A stretch of DNA of 64,000 nucleotides from Raillietiella orientalis (taxonomy: Eukaryota): positions 248,001-312,000 of the forward strand of contig JAYWIR010000083.1 in NCBI GenBank assembly GCA_036172245.1. The letters run 5' to 3'. Shown here piece by piece: positions 50,910-59,722 of this stretch (position 1 is its first letter; each line of letters starts with the position of its first letter). The notes under the pieces were generated by a model. The model was not told the DNA's origin. It was given only the letters and a program-made list of their open reading frames with translations, and ran no database searches. The translations under genes were made by a program, and so were the position numbers.

Positions 50910-53900
50910 TTACATCCTTTGCAGGATGCCGGCAAGTTCAATCTGCATGTGTCCCAGATGGGTCCATCTGGCTGCCGTCCTCAAGAAGCGCAGGGCGTAG
51001 CACAAGATGTCCCTATCGTTCGGTCCATAAGTGGCGGTGCTCCAAGCCGCTACAATCCCTCGTAGGCAGCAGAGGGCTGCAAGGGCTGCGGCAGGCGAAA
51101 GGGCGTCGCGCACGAAGAGGCGCTTTAAAACGTCTCTGGGAGCGTGCAAGGGTGCACCAACGGCTGTTGCAAAGCGCAACCACAGGGGCCGGAGAGCAAC
51201 ACAGTCAACGAGCAGGTGCGGGAGAGTTTCTCGTTCCCCGCACCTGACACAGTTTGGGTCCACAACCCCCCTCGTCCAATGAGAGCGGCGGGCGTTGCTG
51301 GGGAGTCCCCAGTGCAACACCAGGAACGCCGACTCCTGCCACTTTAGGGGAAGGGCCCGAGTATTCCTCAGCACTGGCGGCCACTCGAGTTCATCCCGCG
51401 GGATGCACAGCAGCTCGCCCCAGCGCAACAGTCCTCTCGGTGGGTAACTTGGGATCGCGGCATCAGCAAGCTGACCCGTGGTCCAACCACCTTGTTCTTT
51501 CTCAGTGTCTCTGATCGTACACCGGACCTCCCACATGGCCGGCTGGCTACTGCCCAGATGTTCTTTGAGGTGGGACAGAGCTGTGGCAAGGGAGGTCTTC
51601 TCAGCCCACGCACTCAAGGCGGGCTGCACGATGATGTCCTGCAGCGTGCGGCTCTTATGATAGGAGTGCAGCATTCGCTGCCGCAACTCCGGGCTCGCTT
51701 TCTCGATCTGCGCCCACGTGCGAAGGCTTTCCTGCAACCAGGAAGTGCCGTTCGCGGGCCGGCAGGAGATCCAGGTGTTCTTCCTGGTCAGCTTCGCCAC
51801 TCGCCGAAGAGCCAGTCCGCAGTGGAACAGGTACCGGCGTTTGCGGCGCGCTAGGAAGGTAGACAGTCCCGCGCAGCCGCCGACTCGCTGAACCAGGCAT
51901 CGTGCAGGTTCGCACCAGCTGGCGCTCCACAACTTCGCCACTTGGGCGATTGTTCGGAACTGCAGCTGCAGTTCGAGACGCTCCAGCGTGAGGAGGCCAA
52001 GGCCCCCATCGCGACGAGGGGCGCACAAGTCCTTCCAACGCGCGCGGGGCCTTCCTCTGCCCCAGATGGCGATTCTGAGGAGGTCCTTTGTACGTGTTCT
52101 CACACCACGGGGTGGGGGACAAACAAAAAGCAAGGAGCGAAACAGGGGGGCCACGAAAGTGTTCCACAGCACGGCCCGTTCCGGCAAGAAGAACTTGCCA
52201 TCCAGGAACGGGCCGATCGCTCTCTCGGCCTTTTGGAGGCAGCAAGACCATTGTTCCGCTGGGGAGTAGTCCCCCAACGGCACACCGAGGTACTTAAGGT
52301 ACCGTACCGTGGGGATCCCCAAGCGAGACCAGTCTAGCTGCCCTGCCCACGAGGAACCGACTGCAACAACGGACGACTTTGCTCTGTTCACCTCCAGTCC
52401 TGTCCCGCGACGCAGCAGCTCGAAAAAGTTTTCGACCGCCGACGCCGGGGTGGACATGGGGAGCAGCAGCAGAAGATCGTCCGCATACGCCGCCAAGGCC
52501 GGTGTACCTGGGCACACGCGCGGCAGGCGACCAAGAGTCTCCCTGAATGCCCTCAGCACCAACTCGAAGTAGGTGCTGAAGAGCAAGGGGCTCAAGCTCT
52601 CACCCTGCCGTATCCCGCGGCGCACCGGCACACCGAACACGTTCCTTCCCCTGAAAGAAATGTTGGTCAGCGCGTCGCGCCAGCAAGAGCGCAGAAAGGC
52701 CAATAAGGAGGCCGGGAAGCCCAAGCGCTCCAGACGCTCCAGCAGGAGCTCCTGGTCGACACTGTCGAATGCTTTCCGCAAATCGACAGCGACCGCGAGG
52801 GCCCCTTCTCTCTCCCGACTATTCCGCGAACCACCAGCGGACGTCCCGCAAATCGGGCTGCCGACCTTGTTTCCTCCATTCATTCTGGTTCTTTGAAGTT
52901 CGAACCAGGTGTTCGCGAAGAGCAGGTTGGCGTCCATGCTTCGCCCGGGAACAGCGTAGGTCTGCTCCGGGCTGATGAAGCTTTCCGCCACTAGCCCCAT
53001 TCGCTCCGACCATAGCTTCGCAACCAGCTTGGCGTTCGCGTTCAGTACGGTAATCGGACGCCAATTGCTGAGGTTCCGTAAGTCTCCTCCTTTCGGTAGG
53101 AGACGCATACGTGCCGATGGGAAGGAGGCGGGAACGTCTCCTGTCTCCCGGATCAGCAGCGTTAGCCGCTGCACCAGGGGAGCCAGCTCCGCCGCGAAGC
53201 ACTGAATAAACTCCGCGGGCAGGCCGTCTTCCCCCGGTGACTTCCGCCTTTTGAGCTTCCCGATTGCGGTGATGATTTCACCCATCGTGAAAGGCTCGTC
53301 CAGGCGTACTCTCTCTTCTTCCCCGATCGCCGGGGCACCGTCCGGAAGCAAAAATTGGGAAAATTCCCGGTCCGGAGGCACCCTGGTGTACAGGGAAGAA
53401 TAATAGCCGCGCACTAGGCTACTCACCTCTGCCGGGGCCGAGTGCTCTTGGCCTTCGTCGTCCAGCAGGCTGGGCGACCCCGATTGCCAGGCCTGCCGCT
53501 CGGCCCCGGCTTTAAATTCCGCCAGTCTTCGGACGTCTGGTGTTCGGGAGTAACGACGGGCCTGCAGGTAAGCCCTATCGTTCCGAACACCTTCTCCAAC
53601 TCCTTTCGGGAGACGGTCCATGGGGAACTGTTGGCAGAACTCTCGCACCGAGACTTTCAAATCGTCCCAGTCGTCGAGCGTCTGCAGGCTGAAACCTCGC
53701 AAGAACGCGCGGAGGTGTTCCGCTGCGCCTGGCTTGGTCAGCCAGTCCCCCGGTCGACGCCACGCCTGCGCGGGGGGCCCCCTGTCGCGCGGGCGAATGA
53801 CGAGTTCCACACGGGAGTGGTCGGAGACTGCGGACTGTATCTTACCTCGCCTGCCCACGCGACAGCGCAGGTGATCGTCGAGGAAGACGTGGTCCACGCT

Positions 53901-54476
53901 CCGTTCCATCCCGGTATCCCCGGCTAACAAGTTGGATGCGTGCACCGCAGCGCACATCTCGTTAACCATGGTGGCCTCTGTCCTCGCCGCACCTGATAGC
54001 AGGCGAATATTAAAATCGCCGGCTATCAGGTGCGCCGTGCGCGCGCCTGCCTCCGACAGCCAGTCGCGCTTGAACGCACGAAAAAACGCCGTCCGTGCCA
54101 CGCGCGCGTGACCGCCGCTCGGCGCGTACACGTTCGTGACGACGAGATTGATGGAGTCGGACCACCTGAAGGTGATTTGCCCGACCCGACCTGCCTCATC
54201 GAAACGAACTTTCCGCACCGCGCGTTGTAAGGCAGGCTTCAGAAGGAAAGCGACCCCGCGCGTACGGCGGTGGCCGCATCGCCACATAAGCTGACCACCT
54301 GCTATCCGTTCGATCTCCCGCGCATGTTCTGCGGAAATCTCATGGATCTCCTGCAGCAGCACGAAGTCGAAGGCTTGCAAGGTGGCAGCTATGTCTCGTC
54401 TCCTGCCGTCATTGCAAAGCCCGTTGACGTTCCAGCTGGCGATGCGTATTTGACGGCAGGTGGCGAGTCCCGGCAT
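50910..54476 (-). CDS. ORF2: APE endonuclease, reverse transcriptase, C-terminal CCHC (1188 aa)
   Basis: SWNVNG, LQE, VYAP, GDFN, VDH, SDH; SPGEDG, WRPI, DLRKAFD, GIRQG..LSP, YADD, YLG; CVRCGERETLPHLLVDC. Confidence 0.97.
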   Translation of the reverse strand: MPGLATCRQIRIASWNVNGLCNDGRRRDIAATLQAFDFVLLQEIHEISAEHAREIERIAGGQLMWRCGHRRTRGVAFLLKPALQRAVRKVRFDEAGRVGQITFRWSDSINLVVTNVYAPSGGHARVARTAFFRAFKRDWLSEAGARTAHLIAGDFNIRLLSGAARTEATMVNEMCAAVHASNLLAGDTGMERSVDHVFLDDHLRCRVGRRGKIQSAVSDHSRVELVIRPRDRGPPAQAWRRPGDWLTKPGAAEHLRAFLRGFSLQTLDDWDDLKVSVREFCQQFPMDRLPKGVGEGVRNDRAYLQARRYSRTPDVRRLAEFKAGAERQAWQSGSPSLLDDEGQEHSAPAEVSSLVRGYYSSLYTRVPPDREFSQFLLPDGAPAIGEEERVRLDEPFTMGEIITAIGKLKRRKSPGEDGLPAEFIQCFAAELAPLVQRLTLLIRETGDVPASFPSARMRLLPKGGDLRNLSNWRPITVLNANAKLVAKLWSERMGLVAESFISPEQTYAVPGRSMDANLLFANTWFELQRTRMNGGNKVGSPICGTSAGGSRNSREREGALAVAVDLRKAFDSVDQELLLERLERLGFPASLLAFLRSCWRDALTNISFRGRNVFGVPVRRGIRQGESLSPLLFSTYFELVLRAFRETLGRLPRVCPGTPALAAYADDLLLLLPMSTPASAVENFFELLRRGTGLEVNRAKSSVVAVGSSWAGQLDWSRLGIPTVRYLKYLGVPLGDYSPAEQWSCCLQKAERAIGPFLDGKFFLPERAVLWNTFVAPLFRSLLFVCPPPRGVRTRTKDLLRIAIWGRGRPRARWKDLCAPRRDGGLGLLTLERLELQLQFRTIAQVAKLWSASWCEPARCLVQRVGGCAGLSTFLARRKRRYLFHCGLALRRVAKLTRKNTWISCRPANGTSWLQESLRTWAQIEKASPELRQRMLHSYHKSRTLQDIIVQPALSAWAEKTSLATALSHLKEHLGSSQPAMWEVRCTIRDTEKEQGGWTTGQLADAAIPSYPPRGLLRWGELLCIPRDELEWPPVLRNTRALPLKWQESAFLVLHWGLPSNARRSHWTRGVVDPNCVRCGERETLPHLLVDCVALRPLWLRFATAVGAPLHAPRDVLKRLFVRDALSPAAALAALCCLRGIVAAWSTATYGPNDRDILCYALRFLRTAARWTHLGHMQIELAGILQRM

Positions 54477-56077
54477 TACTGCTGGGAAAGTGATGCTGCG
54501 TCTCCCGCCTCACCTAGGGGCGGGACGCCGGCTTTCTCCTGTGCGGTGGGGGGCGGCTCGACGACCCCCTCCGTCTCCATCGGCTCCGTCTCGACCGATC
54601 GTGGGAGTTCAGGACTCGTGTCCATCTCTCCCACGCTCGCCGCACCCTCGTTTCCGGAGGATTCCTCTTCCTCGGAGGAGACGATCCTCCTCGGGTTACG
54701 GATTTTCCTTCCGGTCTTCCTCGGGGGTGCAGATGCGGATGGTGCGTGTCCGGTCTCCGGGTCCGAGTCCGAGGTCCCGTTCCCCCTCCTCTCGGCCGGA
54801 CGTCGAACGGCCTTCTTCCCGACCTTTGCGAGAGGCTGCTGACTGGCGGCGAGCTCGGCGGCGGCTTTTGCAAAGCCCGCGTCATCGCGGCTCTCCCCCT
54901 CGCCGCAGCCCTCGGACGCTGTTTGCACAGCGACGGGGCTGTCAGCGTTGTTGCACACGGCAACGTCCTGTTCGCACGGCACTTCGGCGTCTGCAAGGCG
55001 CTCCAGTGCGACCGTGCATTTTTTCAGTCCCTGCTTTTTCGCGGGTTTCGCGGCTTTTGCAGGGACTTTATTTTTATTATTTACGTCCTTTTTTTCTTTC
55101 TTTTTCTTTGGACTGACCTTTTGCCAGCCAGGCTCTTCTCCTTCCACCTCGGTTGCCTGCGTTTCTGCAGACGGGGTGGTCGGGATGCCCTTTTTGGCTG
55201 GCTCCGGGTCAACCGTATTTTCAGACGGCGGCCTGGTCTTGCCAGGCTTCTTGCTCGCGTTCGTGCCGCTCACGGCAGCAGCCGGCGCGCGCGAAGTCTT
55301 TTTGGGGCACACCTCTTCCGTGTGCCCGATTGCCTCGCACTTGCGGCAGGTGATGTTGGGGCAGCGTTTCTTCACGTGCCCCGTACCATCACAAAACGCA
55401 CAGTATTTGGGTTTCCCCAGATACCAGATGTCGACAGAATCTCCGTCGACTACTAGTTTATGGGGAACCTCAATGTCCTTATTCACAGTCACACGTGCCG
55501 CGGCGAGTCCGCTCAGGAGTCCGTCATAAGTACGGAACCTGTTCGGCTTCAGCCACAGCGCGTGTATGGTGCCGAATTTGCTGAGTTGAGCCCTGACGGC
55601 GCTCGGTGACATCCGCACGGTGATTCCACGGAGGTGGAGAACTATTGAGTTGTCCACCGGGACAGGGAAGATCTGGCGGCCCTCGACCCTGACGGGGGTT
55701 CGCAGCAGTCTTTGCGCCAACCCTGCTTCTTTGCAGGTCAACTCGACATGCTGTCCCCCGCTGCGGATGGAGAGACCCAGCAGATCCTCCTTGTTAACGT
55801 TCAAACGGTGGAGCTCCTTCTCGAAGGAGCGCGCCCCACGGTCATCAAACACCCGGCCTACCTTATACAGCAGACTCGGGTTGTAGTTGTAGGCCTTGTA
55901 GGCCTGGGCCTCGGCGATGGCCGCTGCAGATGGCGCGGCGACCGCGGCGCTGTAGTCCCTCGCCGGCGCGGGGGACGAAGCTTTCGGGGCAGGTGCCCCT
56001 ATCTCCATGGGTACGGGGGACGTTCGCCCGGCCCCCACCCCACATTCACTAGTGGCGGGATCAGGCATTTCTGCCAT
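54476..56077 (-). CDS. ORF1: nucleic-acid-binding protein with two CCHC knuckles (533 aa)
   Basis: The ATG at 56077 (MAEMPD, as at 59631) is the homologous start. CAFCDGTGHVKKRC and CRKCEAIGHTEEVC. The stop overlaps the ORF2 ATG. Confidence 0.92.
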   Translation of the reverse strand: MAEMPDPATSECGVGAGRTSPVPMEIGAPAPKASSPAPARDYSAAVAAPSAAAIAEAQAYKAYNYNPSLLYKVGRVFDDRGARSFEKELHRLNVNKEDLLGLSIRSGGQHVELTCKEAGLAQRLLRTPVRVEGRQIFPVPVDNSIVLHLRGITVRMSPSAVRAQLSKFGTIHALWLKPNRFRTYDGLLSGLAAARVTVNKDIEVPHKLVVDGDSVDIWYLGKPKYCAFCDGTGHVKKRCPNITCRKCEAIGHTEEVCPKKTSRAPAAAVSGTNASKKPGKTRPPSENTVDPEPAKKGIPTTPSAETQATEVEGEEPGWQKVSPKKKKEKKDVNNKNKVPAKAAKPAKKQGLKKCTVALERLADAEVPCEQDVAVCNNADSPVAVQTASEGCGEGESRDDAGFAKAAAELAASQQPLAKVGKKAVRRPAERRGNGTSDSDPETGHAPSASAPPRKTGRKIRNPRRIVSSEEEESSGNEGAASVGEMDTSPELPRSVETEPMETEGVVEPPPTAQEKAGVPPLGEAGDAASLSQQ

Positions 56078-56152
56078 CCCCCGACCACTGATGCACCGCA
56101 CTACACCAATAAAGTCGAGCGAGTCAGGAGCGCGCAGAGAACACGTCTGACC

Positions 56153-56813
56153 GTCGTCGCTGCTGGTGTTGCATTGGGGACTTCCTTGCAACGCCCGCCG
56201 ACACCACTGGACGCGGGGGGGTGTCAACCCTAATTGTGGCAGGTGCGGGGAGAGGGAATACCTCCCCCACCTGTTAGTGGTTTGTGTTGCCCTCCGTCCC
56301 TTGTGGGAACGCTTTGCCGCAGCCCTGGGGATCCCCGGAGGCAACCCCAGAGACGCTTTGCGCCCCCTCTTCGTCCGTGACGCCCTGCCTCCAGCGGCCT
56401 CGCTTGCAGCCCTGTGCTGCCTACGCGGGATCGTCGTGGCATGGAGCAAAGCGACGGGAGGATCCAGCGACAGGGATGCCAACGTGTATGCCTCCCGTTT
56501 CCTCAGGATGGCGACGCGATGGCCCCATCTGGAACCGCACACGCAGAAGCAGCTTGCCGGCATCCTCCAGAGTATGACGGACCCTCCCAGCAGACTGTGA
56601 TCCCTTTCCGCTCCCTCCCTGATTTTTGTTTATTTTTTTGTTTTCTTTTTGTTTCGTTCCCCCTCCCCTCTGCTGCCGAGGTCGACCGCGCCGGTCTGCG
56701 CACCGGTAGCCCGGCAGGCTATATCTTTCCAGGGCGTGGCTGGACTACTGGTGCAGTCACAGATTATATAGGTTTATTCGTGAGAATAAAGGTCCTGGCG
56801 CTCACGGGTTTCA
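56153..56813 (+). mobile_element. 3' end of the level-2 (+) Tx1-like LINE
   Basis: SSLLVLHWGLPCNARR..CGRCGEREYLPHLLVVC..stop at 56600, then the 3' UTR with AATAAA at 56785. Confidence 0.92.
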
Positions 56814-59722
56814 AGCGAGATTCCGGAGGGTGACGCCTCTCAGGAATTCGCGAAGGTGTTCCTTCGCATCTGAGAGGCGCGTCCAGTCCCCAGGCAACCG
56901 CCACGCCCTGGACGGGGATCCGTTGTCGCGCGGGCACACCTCGAATATCAATTTGGAATGGTCAGACAGTTTCGACGCAACTTTCCCCCGTTTGCCGACC
57001 CGCGAGCACTGGTCGACGTCCAGGAAGACGTGGTCGATGCTGCTGACCATTTCCGGGAGTTCCCCTAACAAGTTGCGCGTGCGCATGGCAGCGCACAACT
57101 CGTTAGCCGTCCGTTCCTGTGTGCGTGGCTCACCTGATAGCAGGCGGAGATTCAAGTCTCCCGCTATCAGGTGAGCCACGCGCACGTTCGCTTCCACCAG
57201 CCAGTCGTGCTTCAGGGTTTCCAGGAACGCCGCGCGTTCCCGGTACCTGTTATAACCGCTCGGGGCGTATACGTTTGTTACGACGAGGTCGATTGTGTCG
57301 GACCATGTGAGAATCAGCTAGCCGACACGACGGGCTTCGTCAAAGCGCACGCCCTTCAAGGCAGCGTCGACCGCCGGCTTCATGAAAAACGCGACGCCGC
57401 AGGTGTATCGGGTGCCGCATTGCCACACCAGCCGCCCCCCTGCGATCCTCTCGATCTCCTGGGCGTTCTCCCCGGTGATCACGTGGATCTCCTGCAGGAC
57501 TGCCTGGTCGAAGTCACGCAGGGTGGCTGCCGTGTCCCGTCTGTTGCTGTCGTTGCGCAGCCCGTGGACGTTCCAACATGCCACACGCAATCGACGACGA
57601 CAGGCGAGCCCAGGTGTTATTCCCGGGAAAGTGGCAATGGGGCTCCCGCCACCTGGTCGGGCGGGACGGATGGAGGCATGGGGGCACCGTTCAGCGGTTC
57701 TCTTACTTCCATGGGGGCCGATTCCTCGGCGGACCGCAACGGTTGAAGGGAGCATGCTTCACGCACCTCCATCCCCTCTTCCATGGGGGCCGATTCCTAG
57801 GCTGCGTTGACGGCAGGGGGGAGCGGTTCTCAGCTATCTGCTCCCCCTCTTCCATGACCATCTCCGCAGGCTCCACCGGTGGAAGGGGGAGGCAATGCCC
57901 TACCTGCTCCCCCTCCTCCATGGGGGTGGCCGGCTGCTCGGTGGCGGAGGGTGGGAAAATTTCTCCCTCCGTTCCCACGCTGCCGGCTTCCCCCTCGGCT
58001 GCCGGTGCGTCCCCCTCGCTCTTCGTCGGGATGCGCCTCTTGGGATTCTTGGACTTCCGTCCAGTCTTCTTCGGAGGCGCCTCCGTGGAGGACGCACTTC
58101 CGGCATCCGGGTCGTGGTCACCTGTCGGAGATGCCCTGGTCGCGGCCGGCCTTCGCAAGGCCTTTCGCGCGCCGTTCTCACGGTCGGCGAGTTCGGCCGC
58201 GAGCTCTTCCTCCGCCTGCTGGAAGGCGGCCTCGTCGATCTTGGCGAGCGCGTCGCGCGGTTCCCCCTCTGTTTGCACAAAGGGTTCGCCTTCCGTGATC
58301 GCGTTATCGTCGGCATCGACGCGGGGGATATCTCCCCCGGTGGCGGTCTCGGGTACCTCCACACGCTCCAAAGCGACCGAACATTCGCGGAGCAACGCGC
58401 GGCGTTGTCTCCTATTAAAAGGAGACGTCGCGGGTTTCGCTGTCTACCCTTCGGTTTTCTTGGTTTTCTTGGCTTTAGGCTTCGCCTTCTGCCAGCCTTC
58501 GCTCTTTTCAGCGTCGTCGGTAGATTCCACGACCGGCGTTTGCTGCACGGGCTCGGGCTCCGGTTGTGGGTTCCGTCTCACGGGTGCCTTCGCAGGCTTT
58601 TCCGTAGCCCCCGCGCGTTTTTCTTTGGCCTTTTTCAAGGCAGCGGGAGCCGGGGGTTCGCGCTTCGGGCACACTTTGCGGAGGTGGCCCTTCTCTCCAC
58701 AGTGGAAACACTGGATGTGAGGGCACCGCTTTTTCAGGTGCCCTGTGGAATCACAGTGTCCACAGTACTTGGGCTTGCCCACGTACCAGACGTCGACGGT
58801 CTCGTTGCCGACGTCTAGTTTGTGGAGTAGCCCACCGTTTTCGTGGACGGTTACACGCGCACCAGCCATGCCACTAAACAGTCTTCCGTAACTCTGGAAG
58901 ACGTTGGGCTTGGTCCATAGCGCGTGAACCGTTCCGTGTTTTCCGAGTTCCTCCTGCACGTCGGCTTTCGACATGCGGAGGGTGACTCCCGTGAGGTGCG
59001 TCACCACGGAGCGATCCTCCGTTACCGGGAAAACCTTTCGGCCTTCCAGTGTGATTGGCGTATTCAGGAGGTGTTGAGCAAGGCTTGCATTTCTGCAAGT
59101 CAGCTCCACACGCTGACCACCACTCAACACGGAAAGACCTTCCAGGTCTTCCTCTTTTACGTTCAACCGCTGCAACTCCCTTTCGAAGTTGCGAGCGGTG
59201 TTCCCCACAAACAGATTGCCTACCTTGTATATAAGGGACGGCTTCTATCTCTGCTCCAGGTAGGCTTTCTGCTCGGCGAGGGCTGCAGGAGATGGGGCTG
59301 CAGCCACTGAACTCCAGGTCTTCGGCGATGCCGAAGACGCATTCGAGGGTGCAGGTGCCCCCTTCTTCAAGGAGGCGGTTGCGCCCTTTTCCAGGGTTGC
59401 GGTTGTCCTCTTTTTCAAGGGGGCGGTTGCACCCTGTTCCAGCGGGGCTTTTGCGTCCTTTTTCAAGGGGGCCTTTGCCCTTGCTTCCGAGGCTGCGGTT
59501 GCCCCCTTTTTCAGGAGTGCGGCTGCCGTAGCCTCCGTGGGGGCGGTTGCCCCCACCTCCGTGGGTTGGGGAGAGGAGCAAGCCTCTCCCCCTCCTATAT
59601 CCATCGCGGTGTCCTCAGGCATTTCTGCCATTGGACACCGCAGATGCTATACACACAAACACAATCGAAACCAAACGCTTTACACCAGGCGCGGAGGAGC
59701 GCTAGAAAAACACGTCGCACGT
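56814..59722 (-). mobile_element. 5' half of the level-1 (-) Tx1-like LINE (ORF1 59631-57617 disrupted, APE to TLRNLA)
   Basis: ORF1 CCHC knuckles, VACWNVHGL, GDLN and SDHS; ends at FLRGVTLRNLA. Confidence 0.92.
59353..59520 (-). repeat. In-frame 24-bp tandem repeat (about 7 units) in the ORF1 N-terminus
   Basis: ALLKKGAT/AASEARAK/APLKKDAK/APLEQGAT/APLKKRTT/ATLEKGAT/ASLKKGAP. Confidence 0.85.

Larger units (their letters stand above)
50666..56152 (-). mobile_element. Full-length Tx1/L1-clade LINE with intact ORFs (subfamily B, level 3)
   Basis: Short 5' UTR, uninterrupted ORF1 and ORF2, 3' UTR with AATAAA and terminal hairpin. Flanked by the imperfect 12-bp repeat GTCGGCACTGCT / GTCGTCGCTGCT. 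Confidence 0.96.

Noticed and set aside
56078..56563. N-terminal 162 aa of the 695-aa ORF in the track
   Set aside because: This is read-through across the 5' UTR into the antisense strand of the neighbouring ORF2; the homologous start is the ATG at 56077.
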